Virus record (IMG/VR): IMGVR_UViG_3300042305_002088
Span: 1 to 64,000 of that record
DNA length: 64,000 nucleotides
DNA from: a virus
Reading direction: 5' to 3' (one strand)
Positions 36,119 to 46,020 of the stretch are shown in pieces (positions within the stretch are counted from its first letter, which is position 1; each line of letters opens with the position of its first letter). A program made the translations under genes and the position numbers. The notes under the pieces are model-generated. The model made no database searches and was not told the DNA's origin. It saw only the letters and a list, made by a program, of their open reading frames with translations.

Positions 36119-37032
36119 TGTTTTGTCTCAATAAAAAACAATTAACTATTAACGATATAGAAAAAGCTGCTAATTTTGGTGGTCAGGATATTTTTTTGTT
36201 GGTGCCTTTCTTATCAGAAGAATTATACTACAAAGCATTAGTTCCAAAAATTTGTAACCATAATGAATCTCTATACACAAAATGGTTTTTTACAGGTAAG
36301 AATCTTTTACAAGAAAAGGAGTTAGCAACCTGTCAATATTCTATTGTACCTTTTAAGTTTGATATTGAAGATCAAAGAATAAACACTTTATGTGAGAATG
36401 CTAAAACACACAATAAAACAGTATTAGCTTTTTACACCGACGATACCACAGAAACATTTAACTTACCTGATAATTTAATACTCTTCCGAACCTCTGTTAA
36501 TAAAAAAACGTTACAGACAAACGAAAGAGTGATGCCTGCTCTTCACCCTGATCATTTTTCAGGTTTTACGGAATATAAAAACAGTATTGGGTTTTGTGGT
36601 CAGTTGACTCATTTAAGACATAATATTATTACAAAGTTAAACGAGTTAAATTTACCCACTGATTTTATTTACCGTCAAGGGTTTTGGGCACCAGAAGTTG
36701 GATCTAAAATAAAAGCCCGTAAAGAATACTACAAAAACCTTCTATCTAATAAATATGCACTCTGTATTCGAGGTTCAGGAAACTTTTCGTTTCGTTTTTA
36801 TGAAGCATTGTGTTTTGGTAGAATACCAATTCTTATAGATACCGATACTACATTACCATTTTCGTCTTCTATAGATTGGAATAAACATATAATTTGTATT
36901 AAACAAGAAAACTTACACACACTCCCAGATATCCTAGAACAAGATAATCGCTCTATGGCTGACAATAGAAAATTATGGGAAGAATATTTTTCGATAGAAG
37001 GTTATGCTCAAAAATTCATTAAAGATATTTGA
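36118..37032 (+). CDS. exostosin-like (GT47) glycosyltransferase
   Basis: YALCIRGSGNFSFRFYEALCFGRIPI. Confidence 0.8.
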   Translation: MFCLNKKQLTINDIEKAANFGGQDIFLLVPFLSEELYYKALVPKICNHNESLYTKWFFTGKNLLQEKELATCQYSIVPFKFDIEDQRINTLCENAKTHNKTVLAFYTDDTTETFNLPDNLILFRTSVNKKTLQTNERVMPALHPDHFSGFTEYKNSIGFCGQLTHLRHNIITKLNELNLPTDFIYRQGFWAPEVGSKIKARKEYYKNLLSNKYALCIRGSGNFSFRFYEALCFGRIPILIDTDTTLPFSSSIDWNKHIICIKQENLHTLPDILEQDNRSMADNRKLWEEYFSIEGYAQKFIKDI

Positions 37033-37063
37033 ATTTTTAAAAACTCCCTCTATACTGTATTAA

Positions 37064-38860
37064 GTGCGTTTAGTAAATTTTAAATCTCTTACGATCAAGA
37101 ACTTCCTCTCTGTTGGAGAGACACCAGTAACTATTAATTTTCAGCCTGGTGTAAATGTAATCACTGGAACTAATTACGACAAAGAAGATTCCAAGAACGG
37201 TGTCGGTAAATCTACAATTGCTGATGCTTTGTACTTTGCCTTGTTCGGAACAACTATTAGAGAGCTTTCCAAAGACTTAATAGTCAATTCTTTCACAAAG
37301 AAGAAATGCGAAGTAGTTCTAGATATTGATATTGAAAACGGAAACGGTTTGTCTCAGTACCGTATCACAAGAACTATTAATCCTACTAAGTGTCATATGA
37401 CTAAGAACGGTGAAGATATTACCCGTTCTACAATGGCTAAGACAAATGAGTATATTCAAAAGCTGGTCCTGTCTAATGGTAAGATCTTTCAGAATTCTGT
37501 TATTATGACTATCAACAACACTGTGCCGTTTATGGCTCAGTCAAAAGTTGATAAGCGTAAATTTATTGAGAGTATTCTTAGCCTTGAAATCTTTTCGGAA
37601 ATGCTTTCAAAAGCTCGTGAAGAACATAACACACTTAAAAAAGATTACGAAGTTTTATTTACTAAAGTTGAAGGTATTGAAAAAGGTTACAAGTTCAATA
37701 AAGAACAACTTGACACTTTTGAAGAAAATAAAAAACAAAAAGTTACTGAGTTAGAAAAACGTATTGACGAAAACAAAGCTAAAGTTGCTGAGTTAATAAA
37801 AATGATTAAACAGCTTCCTGATGACGTCATGCAAAAGCTCGACGAAAAAGAGCAAACTTGTAAAGACGAGTTAGTCAATATTCAGAAAGAATACAAACAG
37901 GCTTATCAGGTTTTAGCTGACGTTAAAAGTAAGATTAGTCATATAGAAGGGCAATTAAAAGAGATTGAAAAAGTAGGTGCTATTTGTACCACTTGTAAGA
38001 GAGCTTATTCCGACGACGACCTCAAGCATAAAGAAGCTAATAAAAAAGAGCTTAATAGCAAACTTAAAGATTTTAACAAAGAACTAACTACAGCTCAAAA
38101 AGCTCTTGATAAAGTTAACTCTGATCAAGGGAAGAAGGAAAAAGAACACAAAGATATTCAAGATAAAAAGAACGTTATAAGAGATGTTATAAACAATAAT
38201 AAAAATACTGAGACTAAGATCAGCCTTATTAATGAAAATATTCAAGCTATCCTAAAAGATATCGATGAAGTTAAAAAACAAACTAATGATGTATTAGAAA
38301 ATGTTGTTAAAGAGCTTGAAGAAAAGCTTAAAACCGGAAAACAAGAACTTGAAAAACTAGATAAAGATTGTGCTGTACTTGAATGTGTTAAGTTTGTGGT
38401 GTCTGAAGAAGGAGTAAAATCGTATATTGTTAAAAAGATCTTAGCTGTTCTTAACGGACGTATGGCCTACTATCTCGATAAACTCCATGCTAATTGCTTG
38501 TGTCAGTTCGATGAGTTCTTCGATGAGCAAATTACAGATGAAAAAGGTGAATTAAAATCTTACTTTAACTTCTCAGGCGGTGAGCGAAAAAGAATTGATT
38601 TAGCCTGCTTATTTTCTTTCTTAGATATTCGTAGAATGCAAGGTGATGTTCACTTCTCTACTATCTTCTACGATGAACTACTTGATTCTTCTCTCGATGA
38701 TAAAGGTGTTGAATTAGTGCTTGATGTTCTTCGTGAAAGAGCACAAAAGCATAACGAAAATTGTTATATCATTACTCATCGTGGTACTACAATTACAGAG
38801 AAAATCGATAATACAGTATTTCTGGAAAAACGTAACAACTTTACCTATTTATTAGCATAA
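37064..38860 (+). CDS. gp46: recombination ATPase subunit (Rad50/SbcC-like)
   Basis: KNFLSVG, NGVGKST, zinc hook CTTC, FSGGE, YDELLD. Confidence 0.93.
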   Translation: MRLVNFKSLTIKNFLSVGETPVTINFQPGVNVITGTNYDKEDSKNGVGKSTIADALYFALFGTTIRELSKDLIVNSFTKKKCEVVLDIDIENGNGLSQYRITRTINPTKCHMTKNGEDITRSTMAKTNEYIQKLVLSNGKIFQNSVIMTINNTVPFMAQSKVDKRKFIESILSLEIFSEMLSKAREEHNTLKKDYEVLFTKVEGIEKGYKFNKEQLDTFEENKKQKVTELEKRIDENKAKVAELIKMIKQLPDDVMQKLDEKEQTCKDELVNIQKEYKQAYQVLADVKSKISHIEGQLKEIEKVGAICTTCKRAYSDDDLKHKEANKKELNSKLKDFNKELTTAQKALDKVNSDQGKKEKEHKDIQDKKNVIRDVINNNKNTETKISLINENIQAILKDIDEVKKQTNDVLENVVKELEEKLKTGKQELEKLDKDCAVLECVKFVVSEEGVKSYIVKKILAVLNGRMAYYLDKLHANCLCQFDEFFDEQITDEKGELKSYFNFSGGERKRIDLACLFSFLDIRRMQGDVHFSTIFYDELLDSSLDDKGVELVLDVLRERAQKHNENCYIITHRGTTITEKIDNTVFLEKRNNFTYLLA

Positions 38861-38865
38861 CCTTT

Positions 38866-40125
38866 ATGTCTCAGTTCATCGTACAACAATCCGGTATTTC
38901 TAATCTCGTGGGTGCTCCAATCGGTTTGCCGCCCTTTATTCCTTCAACAACACAGGTATTGCAAACACAACAAGGACCTGGTTTACCCCCCCCTGAAATT
39001 CCCGGACAAGGATTACCTAGAGCTATTAACTACTTAGCTGACTACGGTGGTTGTTCTTGGTATCGTTGTATGGCACCAAATCTGATGCTCAATCTTTATC
39101 AGAAAGCGGTAATGCTAGAACTTACCACAATGGTCTTAGATCCCAGGTTCTATGCAGGTGTTAAAGCTGTAAAGATTCAGCGTCAAGCTACCCCGATTCA
39201 AAGAGATTTTGTCAAGATGCTTAAAGAGATTTCACGACAAATGCCTGATGGAGGATTTAAACTCATTTACGAAATTGACGATATTGTTTTTAGAGAAGAT
39301 ATTCCTGACTTTAATCGTAACAAAGATGCGTTTGTAGCAGATGAAATTCGTAACTCTATTTTAGAAATTCTTGATATGTGTGACGAGGTTACAGTTACCT
39401 GTGACTTTATGAAAGATTACTTTAACGAAAAAATGGGAGTAAAAAAGACTACTGTTATTCCAAACTATCTTACAAGATGGTGGTTTGACAGATATTACAA
39501 CCTCGATAAGCTTGTTAAGAACTTTGAGAAGAATAAAAAGAAGCCTGTTGTATCTATTTTTGCCTCTGGTACCCACGTCGACGTCACTAATCGTACAGGG
39601 CAAAAAGATGACTTTGAAATGGTTGTACCCGCTATTATTAAAGCTAGAAAAGATTTTAGGTGGAAGTTCTACGGGTGTTATCCTCTACCTCTAAAGCCGT
39701 TTATTGACAGAGGTGAAATAGAATTCTGTGAATGGACACCACTTCCAGAGTTTCCAGGCGCTATGGCAGAGTCTGGTACTCAAGTAACCTTTGCTGCTCT
39801 TCAAGATAATAACTTCAATAGAGCTAAATCTAATATTAAACTCTTAGAAGCTGCTGCTTTGGGCATTCCTTGTATTTGCCCAGATATGGTTACATATAAG
39901 GACGCTAAGCTCAAATATTCAAATCCTGCAGAATTTATTGACTGTATTAAAACTGCTACTAAGAACCAACATACCTATGCTGACTATTGTAAGAAAGCAC
40001 GTGAGTATGCTGATGGCTTTTGGTTAGAAGATGAAAAGAACCTTATGAAACATCATGAGGCTTATTTCACACCTTACGGTTCACCTGACCGCAAATATTT
40101 GCTTGAGACTAATCCTAAGTCATAA
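38866..40125 (+). CDS. GT-B glycosyltransferase-like protein
   Basis: GGCSWYR, IYEIDD, NNFNRAKSNIKLLEAAALGIP. Confidence 0.78.
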   Translation: MSQFIVQQSGISNLVGAPIGLPPFIPSTTQVLQTQQGPGLPPPEIPGQGLPRAINYLADYGGCSWYRCMAPNLMLNLYQKAVMLELTTMVLDPRFYAGVKAVKIQRQATPIQRDFVKMLKEISRQMPDGGFKLIYEIDDIVFREDIPDFNRNKDAFVADEIRNSILEILDMCDEVTVTCDFMKDYFNEKMGVKKTTVIPNYLTRWWFDRYYNLDKLVKNFEKNKKKPVVSIFASGTHVDVTNRTGQKDDFEMVVPAIIKARKDFRWKFYGCYPLPLKPFIDRGEIEFCEWTPLPEFPGAMAESGTQVTFAALQDNNFNRAKSNIKLLEAAALGIPCICPDMVTYKDAKLKYSNPAEFIDCIKTATKNQHTYADYCKKAREYADGFWLEDEKNLMKHHEAYFTPYGSPDRKYLLETNPKS

Positions 40126-40139
40126 TACAATAGGTAGTA

Positions 40140-42686
40140 GTGTATAGGAACGCATCATATAACCCACGAGAAGGAACTGTTTATCTTAGAACTTGGACTG
40201 AAGACGGTGTAAGAATTGATACTGAAGTTCCGTTTACTCCTTATCTCTTTACAGAAAGTAAAGATGCTAAGGATGCTACTTCTATTTTCAAAACACCCCT
40301 AAAGAAGCATTATTTCAAGAATACCTTTGAGCGTACTAAATTTGTTCAAGAAACTAAGAATCCAAGATTATTCGGTAATCTATCAGTGGATCAGCAGTTC
40401 TTAGTAGATAGATTCAAAGAGGAAGTTCATAAACCTGAGTTCAGTCAGTTCCCTCTCAAGGTTTACTTTATAGATATCGAAACATACTCACCAGGTGCGT
40501 TTCCTATTCCTAAGTATGCAAAAGACCCAGTCAATCTTATTACAGTATTAGATACACTTAGCGGTAAAATACACACTTGGGGTCTCAGAGAAGACTACAA
40601 ACCAAAGCTTGATAACGTCACATACTATTGCTGTAAGACCGAAGGTGAGTTGTTTGAAAGATTTGTTAATTTTTGGAAGAAAGATCCTCCAGATATCTTA
40701 ACTGGTTGGAACACCGAGCAGTTCGATATTCCCTATATCATTAATCGCGCTAAGAACTTACTCGGTGAAGACTTTATTCGTCAACTCTCACCCGTCGGTC
40801 AAGTTCATTACAGAGAAAATTTTGCCAAGTTTGGTAAAGAAATGGGTAGATGGTATATCTCCGGGGTTAGCTGTTTGGACTACATGGAGATTTATAAAAC
40901 TTATTCAAAGGGTGATAGAGAGTCGTTCTCTCTGAATTATATCTGTGAATATGAACTTGGTGAAGGTAAACTTGCTATTAATGCTACTAACCTTTCATCT
41001 CTATCTGAAACTGACTGGGAAAACTTTGTAGATTATAACATTCAAGATGTTGATCTGCTTCGTAAACTTGAAGAGAAGCTTAACTATCTTAAGATTATTC
41101 GTCTCTTATCCTATAAAGGTTGTACCAACTTCGAAAGAGCTTTAGGTAAGGTATCGATTGTAACTGGTGCTATGACACTTCAGGCACAGAAACAAGGCTA
41201 CATTATTCCTACCTTTAAGAATGAGACAGAAAGAGAGTCCCTTGAAGGTGGCTATGTCCGTGATCCGGAAAGAGGCCTCAAAGAGGCTATCGTATCCTTT
41301 GACGTTAACTCTCTATACCCGAATACCATTATCACTCTTAATATTGGTTCTGAGACTAAACTTGGTAAAATTGTAACTGGGGATCCAGAATACGATAAAG
41401 AGGTTGAGATCAAGCTTGAGTCCGGAGGAATGTTTAAAGTAACTGTAGCTAAACTTAAGAAGTTTCTAAAAGACGAAAACGTAGCTCTATCAAAGGCTGG
41501 TGTACTTTACTCTCAGAAATTTAAAGGTGTTTGCCCTAACTTGATTAATAGTATCTACGAAGAGCGAGTGTACGCTCGAAATGAGATGATTAAACTCAAG
41601 AAGACAAAACAAAAGGATAAAGAGACTGTTGGTAAGATTCAGTATTTTGATACTCTTCAATATACGTTAAAGATTCTTCTTAACTCCATCTACGGAACGT
41701 TTGCTAACAAGCATTCAGCGTTCATGGATATTGATAACGCCTCGTCTATTACTCTAACCGGTCAAGCAGTTGCTAAAGCTGGTGGAGCTATTGTAGATGC
41801 CTGGGCTAAAGAAAAGTTCGGTATTGATGAGTCACTTATTATTGCTGGTGACACCGACTCTCTTTATACCACAATTCAGCCTATTCTTAATAAGCTTAAT
41901 TTACCCCTTGTAAAAGACGGTACTATTACCCAAGAGGCTCATAAGATTATTAATGCCATGGAAAAGCATCTCAATACTGAGATCATTAACTGGGCTAAAA
42001 CCGATCTTAACTCTGCTGATCCTCGATTCGTCTTTAAACGAGAAGCTATTGCTGATGTAGGCTCCTTCTTAATGAAGAAACGCTATATTATTCATATCCT
42101 GGATGAAGAAGGTGTTCCTACTAATAAGTTCAAGTACGTAGGTGTTGAACTAGCTCGGTCAACAACCCCTAAGGAAGTTAAGGCTTTGATTAAGAAAACC
42201 ATTGATACGGCCTTTCTATCAAAGGATGTTAAAAAGACTAACGAAGTGTTCCGAGAAGCTTATGACCACTTTAAAAATTTAGATATAACCGAGGCTGCCT
42301 TTCGCAAAGCTGTTAAAGAGCTTGAGAAGTATTCAGGTGGCGCCTCACTTCATAAGTTTAACCTCGGTACACCCTGCCACGTTAAAGCGGCATTAGCTTA
42401 CAACTTCCTTCTCGAAAAAATGGGCATACAGACCAAATACGAACAGATTAATTCAGGGCAGAAGATCAAATATTTTTATGCGATGAAAAACCCCTATGGC
42501 TTAGATGCCGTAGCGTTTGCAAGTGAGTATCCAAAAGAGTTTCATGAGATTAAAATCGATTACGATAAAATGTTTGGTAAGATTGTTGTACCACCAATTG
42601 AGGCTGTTTACGAGGCTATTGGATGGAGAATACCTGTGATCGGTAAAGAAGTACAAACTGATTTATTTGATTTATTTGGAGATTGA
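40140..42686 (+). CDS. gp43: family B DNA polymerase
   Basis: DIET, FDIPY, DVNSLYP, KILLNSIYG, GDTDS, KKRY. Confidence 0.96.
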   Translation: MYRNASYNPREGTVYLRTWTEDGVRIDTEVPFTPYLFTESKDAKDATSIFKTPLKKHYFKNTFERTKFVQETKNPRLFGNLSVDQQFLVDRFKEEVHKPEFSQFPLKVYFIDIETYSPGAFPIPKYAKDPVNLITVLDTLSGKIHTWGLREDYKPKLDNVTYYCCKTEGELFERFVNFWKKDPPDILTGWNTEQFDIPYIINRAKNLLGEDFIRQLSPVGQVHYRENFAKFGKEMGRWYISGVSCLDYMEIYKTYSKGDRESFSLNYICEYELGEGKLAINATNLSSLSETDWENFVDYNIQDVDLLRKLEEKLNYLKIIRLLSYKGCTNFERALGKVSIVTGAMTLQAQKQGYIIPTFKNETERESLEGGYVRDPERGLKEAIVSFDVNSLYPNTIITLNIGSETKLGKIVTGDPEYDKEVEIKLESGGMFKVTVAKLKKFLKDENVALSKAGVLYSQKFKGVCPNLINSIYEERVYARNEMIKLKKTKQKDKETVGKIQYFDTLQYTLKILLNSIYGTFANKHSAFMDIDNASSITLTGQAVAKAGGAIVDAWAKEKFGIDESLIIAGDTDSLYTTIQPILNKLNLPLVKDGTITQEAHKIINAMEKHLNTEIINWAKTDLNSADPRFVFKREAIADVGSFLMKKRYIIHILDEEGVPTNKFKYVGVELARSTTPKEVKALIKKTIDTAFLSKDVKKTNEVFREAYDHFKNLDITEAAFRKAVKELEKYSGGASLHKFNLGTPCHVKAALAYNFLLEKMGIQTKYEQINSGQKIKYFYAMKNPYGLDAVAFASEYPKEFHEIKIDYDKMFGKIVVPPIEAVYEAIGWRIPVIGKEVQTDLFDLFGD

Positions 42687-42701
42687 TTTATTATTACAAC
42701 T

Positions 42702-43532
42702 ATGCTTATATCACACGAAACACCTGTATCGTTGCTTCCATACTCTTGGGGCTATAATGATTACTGCTATTGTTTAGTACATCTATTGCCTGAGAATCAA
42801 AAATACAAAGACTTCTATTTTAAGTCTGTAGAATACGGACGCAGAGTACTTTTAGACAATTCTATTTTTGAGCTCGGTACTGCTTTTGATCCTGAGCAGT
42901 TTGCTTATTGGGTTAAAGAGCTTAAGCCTTTTGAATATGTTATCCCTGATGTCTTAGAAGATACTACAGGTACTTGTATGTCCATGGATAACTTCTTGTC
43001 CAAGTATTCCGATCTCCCTGGTCGTAAGATCGGTGTTGTTCAGGGCAAGACATATCAAGATATTGTTGACTGTTATCGTTTTGTAGCACCAAAGGTTGAT
43101 AAAGTCGCCATTTCTTTTGATTACTCGTATTATCTAGAAAATTGCGATTGGTCTCAGATTAATGTTCCCGGTTTTGTTAAGAAGCAGGAAGATAACAAAT
43201 GGCTAAAGTACGCTATTGGTAGAGTTAAACTACTGGATGACCTCTATGACGATGACGTTCTTGATGTAAATAAGCCACACCACCTACTTGGGGCATCATT
43301 ACCTTGGGAGTTTGCTCTGTATGCAGATAATTACCTTAGTGAATATATTGAAACTATTGATACTTCAAATCCAATTGTCGCTGGTATTTTGGGGAAAAAG
43401 TACGAACCTGAATACGGTCTGTCAGAAAAATGGTCAGTGAAGCTTGTTGACTTTATTGATGCTGAATTGACCACCCAGCAAATTTACGATTCGTTCTGGA
43501 ATATTACACAGTTTAGAAATCTATGCCGGTAG
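42702..43532 (+). CDS. dpdA: TGT-fold 7-deazaguanine transglycosylase (DpdA-type, probably DpdA3)
   Basis: LLDNSIFELG, IPDV, GVVQG, HLLG and IDTSNP motifs; clustered with queF. Confidence 0.7.
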   Translation: MLISHETPVSLLPYSWGYNDYCYCLVHLLPENQKYKDFYFKSVEYGRRVLLDNSIFELGTAFDPEQFAYWVKELKPFEYVIPDVLEDTTGTCMSMDNFLSKYSDLPGRKIGVVQGKTYQDIVDCYRFVAPKVDKVAISFDYSYYLENCDWSQINVPGFVKKQEDNKWLKYAIGRVKLLDDLYDDDVLDVNKPHHLLGASLPWEFALYADNYLSEYIETIDTSNPIVAGILGKKYEPEYGLSEKWSVKLVDFIDAELTTQQIYDSFWNITQFRNLCR

Positions 43533-44071
43533 CACAGCCCTGGGTTACGTTCTTTAGTCAGACCGGTTCTGAGATTTATAAAATATCTAAAAGAATTAAT
43601 CGTGTTCCAGATGTTATTGTAACAAATAAAACTAAAGATAAAGTTTTAGAAATTAACGAAGATTTATTCTTTGAATATGTAGATAAAATTGTTTGGTTAC
43701 CTAAAAAACCTACTATAGAAGAATACAGACAAGTTATTCCTAAAGGCGCTTTTGTAACTCTTCATGGCTGGTTAAGAATTATTCCTCCTGAGATTTGTCA
43801 AGAGTTTGAAATTTATAATTTACATCCTGCTCCAATCCATTTAGAAGGTTATGACAAATATAAAGGTAAAGACCCTCAAGTTAGAATCTTTGAAGATAAA
43901 GCTACATATTCCGGAAATGTTATTCATGAATGTATTGCCGAGCTTGATGCAGGAAAGATTCTAGCTCAAAATCAATTTGATGTTCGAGGTTTTGATCTTG
44001 ATATGGTTTTTAAACTAACACATTCTAAAGCTACGGAACTTTGGTGTAGCTTTTTAGAAAATAGAATATAA
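43523..44071 (+). CDS. dpdN: PurN-like formyltransferase (DpdN-like)
   Basis: FFSQTGS, GWLRII, YNLHPA, H...ELDAGKI. Confidence 0.72.
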   Translation: MPVAQPWVTFFSQTGSEIYKISKRINRVPDVIVTNKTKDKVLEINEDLFFEYVDKIVWLPKKPTIEEYRQVIPKGAFVTLHGWLRIIPPEICQEFEIYNLHPAPIHLEGYDKYKGKDPQVRIFEDKATYSGNVIHECIAELDAGKILAQNQFDVRGFDLDMVFKLTHSKATELWCSFLENRI

Positions 44072-44082
44072 TATAGAGAGTT

Positions 44083-44631
44083 ATGAGAGTTTCGTTTACA
44101 GGTGCGCAGAGTACTGGTAAGACTACATTACTGAATAAGTGTAAAGAAATCTACAAAGATTATAAATTTGTAGACGAGGTTACTCGTTATGTTCGTCGGA
44201 CTTATGACGTTAAGATTAACGAAATTGGTGGTACTGAAACTCAGCTTTACATTTTAGCTGAACATATTAAGAACCATCTTAAACTAGATGAAAACTTGAT
44301 GCTTGATCGTTGTATCTTAGATGGTTATGTTTATACAAAATATCAAGTGGAACAGGGTAAAGTAAAAGAAGATGTTTTACGAGCTTTTAATGGAGTGTTT
44401 AATGCACTCTTTGATAGACTTGACTACGTCTTTTATACTGATCCGTCGGATGTAAAATTAGTAGATGACGGAGAACGTTCTGTCGATTTTAAATTTAGAG
44501 ATGATATTATTGTACTTTTTGAAGATTTGATTACACATAAAATATCTCCTAAGAATAGAGAAAAGATTATCCGGCTTAAAGGCTCTGTCGAACAGAGAAT
44601 GAAAACAATTGAAAAATATTTAAAACAATGA
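44083..44631 (+). CDS. P-loop nucleotide kinase-like protein (AAA_28)
   Basis: GAQSTGKTT, LDRCILD, DDGER. Confidence 0.75.
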   Translation: MRVSFTGAQSTGKTTLLNKCKEIYKDYKFVDEVTRYVRRTYDVKINEIGGTETQLYILAEHIKNHLKLDENLMLDRCILDGYVYTKYQVEQGKVKEDVLRAFNGVFNALFDRLDYVFYTDPSDVKLVDDGERSVDFKFRDDIIVLFEDLITHKISPKNREKIIRLKGSVEQRMKTIEKYLKQ

Positions 44632-45572
44632 ACACTAACTTAAACGACATCGCATCCAAGTCACTCGGTTCTTCAGCATCTTACGCTGTTTATACTGACA
44701 GTCATGACGCTTCACTTCTCAACCCAATGCCTAGAAAGCTCGCCCGAGACGGCTGGAATATTAAAGGTACTGAGTTTGTAGGGTACGACACTTGGCATTG
44801 TCATGAATCTACTTTTCTTTTAAACAACGGAGCCCCTATCGCGGGTACTTTAAAATACACATATTCTTCTGACTCAGAGTTTATGGTAGAATCAAAGTCA
44901 GCTAAACTTTATCTTAATACATTTGATATGTGTAAGATGGGTCAGTCCGTTGATACAGCTATTCAAAATTACGAATTACAGGTTAAGGCTGATCTTGAAA
45001 AAGCTTTAGAAACTTCAGTTGATGTTAAGTTTTTTAAATCTGGTGACGACGAGATGGGGTTATTTCCTATGACAGGTTATCTCGATCTTCAAACCTTTTT
45101 AGGTAAAGATCTTGAAGAGTTAGAAATTAACGATTACAACGCTGAGAGTAATCACTTAGAGTTTGAAAAAGCTAATTTCTCAGGTTATGGTTATAGTGTT
45201 AACGAAAATAAAGCACTATTTGCAAACAAATACTTTACTAATGCACTAAGATCTCGTTGCCGTCATACGAAGCAAAAAGATACAGGAGCTGCTTACATCT
45301 CTATCAATTCCTTAGATTCAGTCATTAAACCAGCCTCCCTCTTTAAACAGATTATCTCTCTGAGAGAGGTTAATGAGTTTCATGAATTCTGTGCAGAAAA
45401 ACTTTATACAGAAATTATGAAGTGCCCGGAGGTTGAATCCTGTTGTGTCACTTTACTTTATTCTAGGAGAGGCTCTTTAGATATTAATCCTACCCGAGCT
45501 ACATCCTTCGATATGCTACCACCTGCACTGTACAATACAAAATACTACACTAAAAAGGCAATGGGGCAGTAG
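44628..45572 (+). CDS. queF: preQ0 reductase, bimodular type
   Basis: VESKSAKLYLN, LRSRC..TKQKD, EFHEFCAE, YSRRGSLDINP. Confidence 0.88.
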   Translation: MNTNLNDIASKSLGSSASYAVYTDSHDASLLNPMPRKLARDGWNIKGTEFVGYDTWHCHESTFLLNNGAPIAGTLKYTYSSDSEFMVESKSAKLYLNTFDMCKMGQSVDTAIQNYELQVKADLEKALETSVDVKFFKSGDDEMGLFPMTGYLDLQTFLGKDLEELEINDYNAESNHLEFEKANFSGYGYSVNENKALFANKYFTNALRSRCRHTKQKDTGAAYISINSLDSVIKPASLFKQIISLREVNEFHEFCAEKLYTEIMKCPEVESCCVTLLYSRRGSLDINPTRATSFDMLPPALYNTKYYTKKAMGQ

Positions 45573-45607
45573 AACTTTAAAACTAACAAATATAAATTAT
45601 ATACATT

Positions 45608-45982
45608 ATGGCTAACACAGAAAATAAAATTGCAGTATTCTTCGACTCAGTCGGTAGAACAATCCTCGGAGAAAAATTAGAAGATAAAACAACTGATAAA
45701 GTTCTTTCAATTAAGAACCCAGCTGTTGTTCACATTATGCCTAATCAGCAAACAGGCCAACTTCAGCTTCAAATTCTTCCTTTGTTCTTTAAGGAGTTCT
45801 TAGCTGATAAAGATTCTGGTACTATTTGGAGCTACAATCGAGAAAACATCACTGAAGCTGTTGACGTAACCTTTGACTTTAAACTTGAAGCTCAATACCG
45901 TCAAATCTTTGCTTCAGGCCCAGCCCCTGCACCTCAGCAGCCACAAGGTTCACCAGAAGTTATTAAACTTTTTGACGAATAG
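45608..45982 (+). CDS. hypothetical protein
   Basis: 124-aa ORF filling the gap between queF and uvsX. Confidence 0.7.
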   Translation: MANTENKIAVFFDSVGRTILGEKLEDKTTDKVLSIKNPAVVHIMPNQQTGQLQLQILPLFFKEFLADKDSGTIWSYNRENITEAVDVTFDFKLEAQYRQIFASGPAPAPQQPQGSPEVIKLFDE

Positions 45983-46020
45983 TAAGTTGCAATCCTCTAG
46001 GTTTCCTTCATCATTGAGGT

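Noticed and set aside
40140-42686. AGDTDS instead of YGDTDS in polymerase motif C as an adaptation to modified bases
   Set aside because: As I recall, T4 gp43 also has AGDTDS, so it is not diagnostic
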